In this document: positions 46,992-55,750 of the stretch, in pieces
How the letters are laid out: every line of letters starts with the position of its first letter
Numbering within the stretch: position 1 is the stretch's first letter
DNA from: a virus
Lineage: Duplodnaviria > Heunggongvirae > Uroviricota > Caudoviricetes
Length of the DNA: 64,000 nt
IMG/VR virus record: IMGVR_UViG_3300037455_000816
Reading direction: 5' to 3' (one strand)
Program-made: the position numbers and the translations under genes
The notes under the pieces: generated by a model
What the model was told of the DNA's origin: nothing
What the model saw: the letters and a program-made list of their open reading frames with translations, nothing else
Databases searched by the model: none

Positions 46992-47486
46992 ATGGAGGAG
47001 AAGCAGCCTGTCACCAAAATGTGTCCGGTCACCACCGACCAGATGACTGAGGCATTTCAGAAACTTTATGAGCGCATTTCTGAAAAACTGCCACTGTCAT
47101 TCTCTGGTGATTCGAGTGGCATCACACTCAAGCAGTGTGAGGGTGGGGTGTATGCAGACATTCCCCTGACGCAACAGGAAATGTCTGAAAAGTTTCTCAA
47201 TGAAATAGAAGAGAAACTGGACTTGAACGTCCTGTATGCCATACGAATGGATCGCGGCCAGCACCATGAGGCCATGGCCTACTCCAAACCCTATGAGGGT
47301 GAGCTGTATGTCATCTTCCTGGAGTCCTACCAGCACGGCATCATCAACAGTATGCGCCTGCTGCTGTATGACAGCTTCGAACCGATGTTCACGCAGATCA
47401 AGCAGAACCTCACCGAACTGGAGAACCGTAAGGCAGAGGTGATGGAGAAAGAGGAAGCGGAAGTTGTCTATGCCAATTTCTTCTAA
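46992..47486 (+). CDS. hypothetical protein
   Basis: 164-aa ORF, 5 nt after the upstream stop. Confidence 0.45.
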   Translation: MEEKQPVTKMCPVTTDQMTEAFQKLYERISEKLPLSFSGDSSGITLKQCEGGVYADIPLTQQEMSEKFLNEIEEKLDLNVLYAIRMDRGQHHEAMAYSKPYEGELYVIFLESYQHGIINSMRLLLYDSFEPMFTQIKQNLTELENRKAEVMEKEEAEVVYANFF

Positions 47487-47522
47487 GTAACATATCTTTA
47501 CAAAGTAAATAATGTCACAATT

Positions 47523-48215
47523 ATGATGATCGCACTCAAATACATCCTCGCCCTGATGCTTGCAGTACTCCCTTTCATATGCGCACACGCATTTAAGAAA
47601 GAGGAGAAAGCCGCAGATGGAACCACCGTCCGCAAGCACTCGCTGGCCCGCCTGCTGGCCACGTACCTGCCGCAGGTTTGGAACCTACTGCTGGCTATAG
47701 GCCACTTCTTCGCAAGGCTCTACGAGCGGATGCGCAAAAGTGACAACTCGCGGAAGTTCTACACCGTCCTTCTGCTCATTGTCCTGCTGGTCTATACCTA
47801 CGTGGATTTCAGTGCCACGGAGTCCGTGCGCGACATACTGAGTTCCAAAGGCAGTCCCACAGGCGGGGACGCTGTACGGGCCGCTGTACAGTCCGCTGTA
47901 TATTCCCCGATGCAGTCCGACACGCTGGCCCTCTTCGTGTGCCAGCTGTTCACGTTCGTACTTTTCTCATACAGAATTGCTGACAAAATCCTCACCTGGA
48001 TTTCGGACAACTGGTACTTCCTTACGTTCACCAACTGCATCTTCTGGGCAGTGGTGGCCGTCGTGGATTCCTCATGGTTCATCATGGCCGAGGTAGAGAC
48101 CATCTATCTGATGGCCGCCATCTACTACCCGTCACGGATTACCGACGGCAATCCGAAGGGTCGGAAAACCATTCCTATTCACAAACGCCAGCAGACGCTT
48201 CCAAAAGCGGCGTAG
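47523..48215 (+). CDS. polytopic membrane protein (hypothetical)
   Basis: About 6 hydrophobic segments. Confidence 0.45.
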   Translation: MMIALKYILALMLAVLPFICAHAFKKEEKAADGTTVRKHSLARLLATYLPQVWNLLLAIGHFFARLYERMRKSDNSRKFYTVLLLIVLLVYTYVDFSATESVRDILSSKGSPTGGDAVRAAVQSAVYSPMQSDTLALFVCQLFTFVLFSYRIADKILTWISDNWYFLTFTNCIFWAVVAVVDSSWFIMAEVETIYLMAAIYYPSRITDGNPKGRKTIPIHKRQQTLPKAA

Positions 48216-48283
48216 AGAGCAAAACACGGCACGGGTGGACAATCCTACCATGCCGACAAAAATAACGTAACAGAGACAAAAAG

Positions 48284-48691
48284 ATGAACAATCAAGAGAA
48301 ACCTACACAGCCTAAGAGCGGAATGAAAATCCTCACGGATTTCTCGCTCTGGAACCTGTTGCTGGAGAACTCCGTTCCCACTGGCCACAAGAAGCTGACG
48401 AAGGCAGAGGCGTTCTACGATCTGTTGAACCGCCAGAAGCAGGCCGTCATATACGACCAGGATGTATTGCCCGGCAATTTCCAGATACTTGCGGACAACT
48501 GGAACTGGCACCGTCAAACGGTGAAGAAATTCCTCAGTGAACTCCAGGCTATTGGAGCTATAGAAATAGACCTCTCGGTCAACCGTACCGTGATTCGGGT
48601 CGCTAACGTGACCTTCACCTCCCCGCACTCGGTGGACGGCAGTCCAAATATCCAAGGATCAAACCCGTCCCCGACGGGTACTCCACCCTGA
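48284..48691 (+). CDS. putative mobilization accessory protein (MobA/MobC-like; by position only)
   Basis: 135-aa ORF directly upstream of the relaxase with a 330-nt oriT-like gap between them. Confidence 0.3.
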   Translation: MNNQEKPTQPKSGMKILTDFSLWNLLLENSVPTGHKKLTKAEAFYDLLNRQKQAVIYDQDVLPGNFQILADNWNWHRQTVKKFLSELQAIGAIEIDLSVNRTVIRVANVTFTSPHSVDGSPNIQGSNPSPTGTPP

Positions 48692-48699
48692 GTTAGAGT

Positions 48700-49018
48700 A
48701 TCTGGCGGAGCCTGATCCAGCATCGGTGACCCGATGCGAAAAATGGGCTGGTCTTTGACCGCCCAAGAATACGGCCACTAACGTGTCCAAGCCTACGGCT
48801 CCTCCAGCCTCCCATCCGGTCAGAGCGCTTGCGCGTTCCGACACGAATGTACAGCAGGAGGTAACCTAATACCCCCCAATTTAGCGGAAACCCGCATAAA
48901 CAGGGGAGAACAGCCACACTTAAAATGAGCAAGCTCAGTGGCTTTATTAGGCCAAGGGAACTGCCCCTGGACCCCTCGAAAAATCATCATCGTCAAACGC
49001 TGATAATTCTAAAAAAAG
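48700..49018 (+). other. candidate oriT region
   Basis: GC-rich non-coding gap with short inverted repeats immediately upstream of the relaxase gene. Confidence 0.3.
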
Positions 49019-50518
49019 ATGGCTAAAAATAAACAGATGTGCGACCTCACAGCCACGAAGGGCCTGCCCCGTGGATGGTCTAACGAACAACTCCGAAATT
49101 TCTCAGGTACGGCGTATCTGAGAAAGCTCACATACAACCTCGATCCCACGCGGTCGAAGCTGAATTTCGAAGTAACCAAGGGTGGAGTCGTCACACCTGT
49201 AGATCCAAGGCACTCCATCACACGCCGTATATCGGAAAACCTGCGTCGAAGAGGTATCAAAGATCCCAACGCAGGGAAAGAAAAGCCCGATATACGAACC
49301 GTTGCGAATTTCATCCTTGGAGGATCACGTGAACAGATGCACCGTCTGGCCTTTGGCGACCAGCAAGTGAACCTGAATCGGGACGCGGATAACAGAGGTA
49401 TCACGCGAATGAAGGATATCGAGGACTGGGCCATCGATACCTACAAGTTCATGACACGAAAATACGGTGAAGAAAACGTTGTTTCCTTCGTCGTTCATCT
49501 CGACGAGACCAATCCCCACGTACACTGTACCGTACTGCCTGTTACCGAGCAGAATAAGATCAGCTGGAAACAGGTTATGGTGGGTGCTGACAAATTCGAG
49601 TACCGTGAGCGTATGATGAAACTCCACGATGAATTTGCTGAGGTCAACAAGAAATACGGACTTGAACGTGGTGACGCTATCGCCGTCACGGGAGCCAAGC
49701 ACCGTAGTACCGAAGAATACCGAGACTGGCTGGATAACCAGACGCGAGAACTGGAAATAAAAATTGACACGCAGAAACAGACGCTCTACGAGATAAACGC
49801 TGAGATTGCCAAGGCTGACAAGCGTGTGAAAGGTCTGACTACGATGCTGTCGAATCTCGAAGCCCAAAAGAAGGACATCGAGGATCGTATATCGACACTT
49901 GAATCACAGGCAAAACAAGGCGAGCTTACCAATGATGAACTTGCCCGTCGCCGTCAGGTACTTATCGGTGAGCTTGACACCATCGCCTCCAAGATCAAGG
50001 AACGTGAGCAGCAGCTACAGAAAGCACGTCAGCAGCTGCAGGAAGTGGCCGACCGAAAATCACAGCTGGAAACAAAATCCCAGGCAGTCGAACGTCAGCT
50101 TCAGCAGAACCAGAAGGAATACTCCAACAAGGTCATGCGTGACATGGAGAATACCGCATGGGGCGAGGTCGCCAGGGATATGAAACGACACATGGCCAAG
50201 TACGAGGAATACCGTGACACCCTCGGCCTTGACGAAAGAAGAAATATTGACAATATGTATGATAACGTGTTCGACGGCTCAATGTTTGACGAAATGGCTG
50301 AGAACGCCAACGAAGTGATTGCCGTCGCCTCGGCACTCTTCATGGGCTACCTCGACGGAGCCGTCTCATTCGCCAAGGGTCACGGAGGTGGCGGCAGCAG
50401 CCCCGGTTCGGGCTGGGGCCGTGACAAGGACGATGATGATGAGATGTGGCGGCGCAAGTGCCTGTTCATGGGAATGAAGATGATGCGCCCGTCTCAGGGA
50501 CGTAAACTGAAACGCTAA
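49019..50518 (+). CDS. conjugative relaxase (MOB-P/MobB-like, Bacteroides type)
   Basis: Relaxase 3-His motif HLDETNPHVHCTV (HxDExxPHxH), N-terminal relaxase domain of about 200 aa, long coiled-coil C-terminus. Confidence 0.8.
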   Translation: MAKNKQMCDLTATKGLPRGWSNEQLRNFSGTAYLRKLTYNLDPTRSKLNFEVTKGGVVTPVDPRHSITRRISENLRRRGIKDPNAGKEKPDIRTVANFILGGSREQMHRLAFGDQQVNLNRDADNRGITRMKDIEDWAIDTYKFMTRKYGEENVVSFVVHLDETNPHVHCTVLPVTEQNKISWKQVMVGADKFEYRERMMKLHDEFAEVNKKYGLERGDAIAVTGAKHRSTEEYRDWLDNQTRELEIKIDTQKQTLYEINAEIAKADKRVKGLTTMLSNLEAQKKDIEDRISTLESQAKQGELTNDELARRRQVLIGELDTIASKIKEREQQLQKARQQLQEVADRKSQLETKSQAVERQLQQNQKEYSNKVMRDMENTAWGEVARDMKRHMAKYEEYRDTLGLDERRNIDNMYDNVFDGSMFDEMAENANEVIAVASALFMGYLDGAVSFAKGHGGGGSSPGSGWGRDKDDDDEMWRRKCLFMGMKMMRPSQGRKLKR

Positions 50519-50533
50519 AAGAAAGGATACATT

Positions 50534-51196
50534 ATGCAAGAATTTTTACTCTATATCGGAAACTTGATCCCGATGCCATTCGTGATGACGGAGAAGACGA
50601 AGGCCATCCTGGCCATCGTACTGATCGTTATCAGCCTGCTGTGTCTTAACAGCATCATCAAGGGTATCAATAAATGCTGTCACAGCAGGTGGACAAAACG
50701 GCTGAAGGAGTTCCAGGCGAAAGTAAGGCAGACACTCGATGGCTTGGACGCTGACGGCAGCGTCCACCATGAGCCAACGCCTCTGGGCCACGTCGATCAT
50801 GTCCTCATTTCACGTAAGGGTGTTTTCGTTATCATGGAGATATATTACTCGGGCACCGTACATGGCGGCAACCAGGCCGACTACTGGGAGGTGATCGATA
50901 AGCACTACGTGGAATCTGTTGACAATCCCGTCCTTCTCATCAAAGAGAAGGTGAAAGGATTGGCACAGATGCTACAGTGCAACCCGGACGTGATGCTACC
51001 CGTCATTGTCTTTCCCGACGACACGGAGCTGAGGATAAGCACGGACATAGCCGTGCTACACGTCTCAGCTCTGGCGGCGTATATACAGGCACCATTTCCT
51101 TATGTCCTTGAAGAGGATGACGTGGAAATAATGACGCGCCGATATGCCGCCCTTCAGGACGGGGTACGCAACCGTCTAAACAGTACCGGACATTAA
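50534..51196 (+). CDS. NERD-domain (nuclease-related) membrane-anchored protein
   Basis: N-terminal TM; HVDHVLISRKGVFVIMEIYYSGTVHGG...YW matches the NERD core (xIDHLxIxxxGIFVIExKNxSGxI). Confidence 0.55.
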   Translation: MQEFLLYIGNLIPMPFVMTEKTKAILAIVLIVISLLCLNSIIKGINKCCHSRWTKRLKEFQAKVRQTLDGLDADGSVHHEPTPLGHVDHVLISRKGVFVIMEIYYSGTVHGGNQADYWEVIDKHYVESVDNPVLLIKEKVKGLAQMLQCNPDVMLPVIVFPDDTELRISTDIAVLHVSALAAYIQAPFPYVLEEDDVEIMTRRYAALQDGVRNRLNSTGH

Positions 51197-51208
51197 ATAT
51201 ATAGAACT

Positions 51209-51643
51209 ATGTTTTTCAAGAAAACAGTAACAGCAGTAGTGAGCCTTGCAGCCGCACTTGTTATGTACGGCGCGATGAAGAATACCTGCCCCACGAGGGA
51301 GCAGCACATGACGGCTGTCAACAACGTCGTGGAAAAGACACTTGACAAGATTTTTGAAGAACGAATACAGTTCCCTGACGAGAGCCGCGAGATAGCAAAT
51401 TACCTCGCCTTAGAGGTCATCCCACAAGCCGTCGAGAAACTGACGAACGAACGCATCGACTATACCGACTACGGCGTGATAAGCCTGGGTAGCATTGAGG
51501 ACGGCCAAGGTGACGGACATACGGTGTCCGTCGGCATCTTCGGGAAGGTGTTCACCATCACCGAAGATATGGCCCACGACTACCTCAGTCGGATGATCGA
51601 TGACATGGATTTGGAAACAATACTGCAACAGCAGAAACCATAA
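51209..51643 (+). CDS. hypothetical protein with N-terminal signal/TM
   Basis: 144-aa ORF. Confidence 0.45.
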   Translation: MFFKKTVTAVVSLAAALVMYGAMKNTCPTREQHMTAVNNVVEKTLDKIFEERIQFPDESREIANYLALEVIPQAVEKLTNERIDYTDYGVISLGSIEDGQGDGHTVSVGIFGKVFTITEDMAHDYLSRMIDDMDLETILQQQKP

Positions 51644-51687
51644 TTTGTAAATATATACGATGTACATAATTTAAAAATTCTACCGTT

Positions 51688-52047
51688 ATGATCAATCTGA
51701 AATTAGAAGGACTGACGGGCAGCGAGGTCCTGAAAATCAAGGCTGCCGTAGTTGAGATCATGGAGAAGTATGCCGGAGTGGTCATCGTCGAAGACCCCGA
51801 CATCAGGGAGGACGCGGAAGGTATCTGCCAGATGAGCTTCAAGAAGAAGAAGACCTCACTGGAAGAACTCAACAAGATCCAAGACCGTCTGGGCAAGAAT
51901 TTCTCCATCGACCTGGATAACCAGAAGGAGGGCTTTGTCATCATCCTGAAGGCTCCGAAGGATGACTTTGCCAAGCTCATCGGTAAGACACCCGCACCGA
52001 AGCAGCCCGGACTGGACTTCAACGGAGAGGGTGAGGGTAAGCAGTAA
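51688..52047 (+). CDS. hypothetical protein
   Basis: 119-aa ORF. Confidence 0.45.
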   Translation: MINLKLEGLTGSEVLKIKAAVVEIMEKYAGVVIVEDPDIREDAEGICQMSFKKKKTSLEELNKIQDRLGKNFSIDLDNQKEGFVIILKAPKDDFAKLIGKTPAPKQPGLDFNGEGEGKQ

Positions 52048-52068
52048 TCATAAATCCTTACAGAAGAT

Positions 52069-53031
52069 ATGAGTACACTTACCATCCTCCTCGTGATGAT
52101 TATCGCCTGTGTCATCCTCTTCGCTAAGATGGCACTGGTGATAATCCCGCAGTCTGAAACGAAGATCATTGAACGTCTCGGACGCTACTATGCCACGCTG
52201 AAGCCCGGCGTGAATATCATCATCCCGTTTATCGATCGTGCCAAGTCCATCGTCGTACTGCATCAGGGACGCTACGCTTTCTCAGATGCCATCGACCTGC
52301 GCGAACAGGTGTACGACTTCCCTAAGCAGAACGTCATCACAAAGGATAACGTTCAGACGGAGATAAACGCACTTCTGTACTTCCAGATTGTCGATCCATT
52401 CAAGGCGGTATATGAGATTAACAACCTCCCCAATGCCATCGAGAAGCTGACGCAGACCACGCTCCGTAACATCATCGGTGAACTGGAGCTTGACGAGACG
52501 CTGACCTCACGCGACACAATCAATAAGAAGTTGAGTGCCGTGCTGGATGACGCTACCGACAAATGGGGAGTGAAGGTCAACCGTGTGGAACTACAGGATA
52601 TCACGCCGCCCGACACTGTTCTCACAGCCATGGAGAAACAGATGCAGGCAGAGCGTAACAAACGTGCGCAGATCCTGACCTCAGAAGGTAAGAAGGCTGC
52701 TGAAATCCTCGCCTCAGAGGGTGAGAAGACGGCTATCGTCAACAAGGCCGAAGCCGCCAAGCAGCAAGCTATCCTCGAAGCGGAAGGCGAGGCACAGGCC
52801 CGCATCCGCAGAGCAGAGGCAGAGGCGAAGGCCATCAATCTGATAACAGAAGCCATCAAGAAGGATGACCATTTCACCAGCCCAGTACAGTATCTCATCG
52901 CCCAGAAGTACATCCAGATGATGGAAGCACTGGCCGACGGCGACAAGACAAAGACTGTATATCTGCCATACGAGGCCACAAACCTCATGGGCAGCATCGC
53001 AGGTATCAAAGAACTATTCAACAAATCCTAA
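52069..53031 (+). CDS. SPFH/band-7 (stomatin/flotillin-like) membrane protein
   Basis: N-terminal TM; SPFH core IIPQSETKIIERLGRYY...NIIIPFIDR...TKDNVQTEINALLYFQIVDPFKAVYEINN...KWGVKVNRVELQDITPP; Ala/Glu-rich coiled coil. Confidence 0.85.
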   Translation: MSTLTILLVMIIACVILFAKMALVIIPQSETKIIERLGRYYATLKPGVNIIIPFIDRAKSIVVLHQGRYAFSDAIDLREQVYDFPKQNVITKDNVQTEINALLYFQIVDPFKAVYEINNLPNAIEKLTQTTLRNIIGELELDETLTSRDTINKKLSAVLDDATDKWGVKVNRVELQDITPPDTVLTAMEKQMQAERNKRAQILTSEGKKAAEILASEGEKTAIVNKAEAAKQQAILEAEGEAQARIRRAEAEAKAINLITEAIKKDDHFTSPVQYLIAQKYIQMMEALADGDKTKTVYLPYEATNLMGSIAGIKELFNKS

Positions 53032-53043
53032 CATTTACCGCTT

Positions 53044-53523
53044 ATGAAATTCCTACGTGAAACCCTGTTCAACAGAATCTTTCATAAGGCAGAGCTAAAG
53101 AAGCAACGCCTTGACTACGAGCGGGTCTGCAAGACCCTGGCTCAGGCCGACGAGTTTTCCAAGGCCCTGGATAAGTGCGACAGCCTGATCAAGATGGTAG
53201 CCATCCATAAGGATATGTGGGGTAGCAATTTCCGCAACTCCAACATCGGTCCCAATGATTGTGGCTATTTCCGTTGCAAGGACATCCTGACGATGAAGCC
53301 CGAAGAGGTCTATCTGGGCGCCATCTACGGACTGAATACCTTTACCATCCCACAATGGGAGAATAACCGCAACGCTCTCTACGGCGCAAACGGATTCGGC
53401 CTGAATCCCGGTGTGCGTCTATACGATCTCATTCTCCAGCAGTACCGCGATCACCTGAAGAGCAATCTTCTGGCCATCGTTCAGCCGGAGAAGGAGTGGC
53501 TGGAGGAATGGAACAAAACCTAA
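53044..53523 (+). CDS. hypothetical protein
   Basis: 159-aa ORF. Confidence 0.45.
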   Translation: MKFLRETLFNRIFHKAELKKQRLDYERVCKTLAQADEFSKALDKCDSLIKMVAIHKDMWGSNFRNSNIGPNDCGYFRCKDILTMKPEEVYLGAIYGLNTFTIPQWENNRNALYGANGFGLNPGVRLYDLILQQYRDHLKSNLLAIVQPEKEWLEEWNKT

Positions 53524-53535
53524 ACGCCTACGATT

Positions 53536-53925
53536 ATGATCAAGAATTTCGACAAAGAGACGTGTCGACTGTCCGAATACGAGGAGAAGAGCCTGCTACC
53601 CTTCGTGGTAGCGGCTCTCCAGAACCGTGAGGGCAAAGAAAACGCCATCACGAACAAACAGCTCCTGCATGAATACCTTCAGGGCTGTACCGTCACGGAA
53701 GCACGTCTTCGCAAGATTATCAACTACATCCGCAACACGGGTAAGGTGAAGTGCCTCATGGCTACCAACAAGGGCTATTTTATAGCCCGGAGCCGTGAGG
53801 AACTGGAAACCTACATAGAAAGCCTCGAAGGTCGCACGGGTGCCATCAAGGCACTGACCAAGAGCATCCGCAAGCAGATGAACGAAAAATTTCCTGTTGC
53901 GAAACAGGGAAAAAGCCCGTCGTGA
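53536..53925 (+). CDS. hypothetical protein
   Basis: 129-aa ORF; the stop lies inside a 16-mer shared with the terminator at 32206. Confidence 0.45.
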   Translation: MIKNFDKETCRLSEYEEKSLLPFVVAALQNREGKENAITNKQLLHEYLQGCTVTEARLRKIINYIRNTGKVKCLMATNKGYFIARSREELETYIESLEGRTGAIKALTKSIRKQMNEKFPVAKQGKSPS

Positions 53926-54183
53926 GACGCGCCCGGTGCTTTTTCATTCATAAGTTTTTTAAGTTAATAAATTGATTAATGATTGTGCTTGGGGCTGTAG
54001 GAAAACGGTTTCCTACGGCCCTTCGTCATATCTTTCCCGAAATGCTTGAAAAGTTTCCAATTCCCTGCTGTTTCTTTCCAGAATAAGGGTTTTAATTTCC
54101 TGAAAGGGGAGGGGAATTGACACGCAGGCAATTCCCCGTTTTTCTGTTCAAAAGGCTTGAAAACAAATCAAAAAGACCTTTTA

Positions 54184-54208
54184 GGGTCTTGAATTTGTTA
54201 AATCAAGA
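54184..54208 (+). promoter_or_regulatory. copy 5 of the 25-nt palindromic motif, about 80 nt upstream of the OmpA-family paralogue; -7-like TACCTTTG at 54252-54259
   Basis: Exact 25-mer. Confidence 0.55.
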
Positions 54209-54286
54209 CTTTTATTGTGTACGATTGCGTACCTTATATATTATAAGCTACCTTTGCAAAACGTAACGTATTGTACAATATAATTT

Positions 54287-55684
54287 TTGCAAAAAATGAA
54301 AAAATTTATTATTCTATCACTCGCGGGCTGCCTCTCACTGACGGCAGCAGCAAACACCCCCGTCAATGATGACGAGAAGGGTTTCGTCATGAACGAACAG
54401 GATCTCCAGCCGCTTACCCCGACGTATCTTGATAACGTCTATGGCAGCAGCGCATGGGGTTCCAACTGGTTCCTCTCCGTGAAAGGCGGTATGTCGGCAT
54501 TTATCGGCAAACCCGTAGGTCACGGTGACTTCTTTGACCGCACGGAGCCGATGCTAAACGCCTCCCTCGGTAAATTCTTCTCGCCCTACTTCGGCGCACG
54601 TCTGGCCTATCAGGGCCTGAAGCTGAAGGATTCCAACATCGAGTCACGTTCCTATCAGAACCTCCATGTCGATCTGCTCTACAACGTGTCGTCACACTTC
54701 CGCAACGACTATGAGGCGCTGCCACGCTGGGACTTCATTCTCTACGCAGGTACCGGTATCATCCGCAACAGCTACACGCACCAGAAGCCGTTTGCCATGT
54801 CCTACGGATTCATCGGACGCTACCGCATCGGAGGGAGGCTGCACGTAGCAGCCGAAATCGGAGGCACGACCACCTGGCGTAACTTCGACGGCATCGGTGA
54901 GCCGAACAAACTCGGTGATAACCTACTGCAGGCCAGCCTCGGTCTGACGGTGGACATCGGCAAGGTAGGATTCCAGCGCGTCATTGACCCGAAACCCTAT
55001 ATCTTCCAGAACGACATCCTCATGGACTACATGGATAAGATGAAGGAAGAGAACAATAAGCTCGCGCAGCAGCAGAAGAAGGACGCTATGGCCCTCTCTG
55101 AGATGCGCAAGATCCTTGAAATCGAAGGTCTTCTGGAGAAATACAACCTCCAGGTTCCCGAAGACGAGCAGCTGAAAGCTCATCCTAAGAACAACTACAG
55201 CGGACTCAATTCACTTCGCGCACGTCTGCGCAACCGCAACACCGCTGCCGTCGAGGAAGACCAGTTCGGAGAACTGGAAACGGAGTTCGGCGACATCTCC
55301 AATGATAGCGTCATGTCACCGGAGGAATACTTCAAGGTGATGAAGGACGGTAAGATCTACGTCGGCGCACCCGTGTTCTTCTTCTTCAAGCTGGCAAAGG
55401 ACGAACTGACGGAGAAGGCACAGCTGATCAACCTCAAAGAGGTGGCCAGCACCATCAAACGCTTCGGACTACATGCCCGCATCGTCGGTGCTGCTGACTC
55501 GCAGACGGGTACGGCCTACCTTAATGAACGCCTGAGTGCGAAACGTGCGGACTATATCGCCAAGCTGCTACGTGAGCAGGGCGTACCGCAGGAACGTATC
55601 ACCGTCCAGTATCAGGGAGGCATCAGTTCCTACGAGCCGACGGAAGGCAACCGCAACACCAGCGTCATGCTCTTCTTCCAGTAA
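54287..55684 (+). CDS. OmpA-family outer-membrane protein (third paralogue of the beta-barrel module)
   Basis: Signal peptide; barrel region paralogous to those of 11441 and 12784; C-terminal OmpA motif ARIVGAADSQTGTAYLNERLSAKRADYIAKLLREQGV. Confidence 0.8.
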   Translation: MQKMKKFIILSLAGCLSLTAAANTPVNDDEKGFVMNEQDLQPLTPTYLDNVYGSSAWGSNWFLSVKGGMSAFIGKPVGHGDFFDRTEPMLNASLGKFFSPYFGARLAYQGLKLKDSNIESRSYQNLHVDLLYNVSSHFRNDYEALPRWDFILYAGTGIIRNSYTHQKPFAMSYGFIGRYRIGGRLHVAAEIGGTTTWRNFDGIGEPNKLGDNLLQASLGLTVDIGKVGFQRVIDPKPYIFQNDILMDYMDKMKEENNKLAQQQKKDAMALSEMRKILEIEGLLEKYNLQVPEDEQLKAHPKNNYSGLNSLRARLRNRNTAAVEEDQFGELETEFGDISNDSVMSPEEYFKVMKDGKIYVGAPVFFFFKLAKDELTEKAQLINLKEVASTIKRFGLHARIVGAADSQTGTAYLNERLSAKRADYIAKLLREQGVPQERITVQYQGGISSYEPTEGNRNTSVMLFFQ

Positions 55685-55750
55685 ACAGTTCTCAAACATC
55701 CTGCGGAAACACCGCAGGATGCTTCAGTTAAACTTTAAAATTGTTTCATT

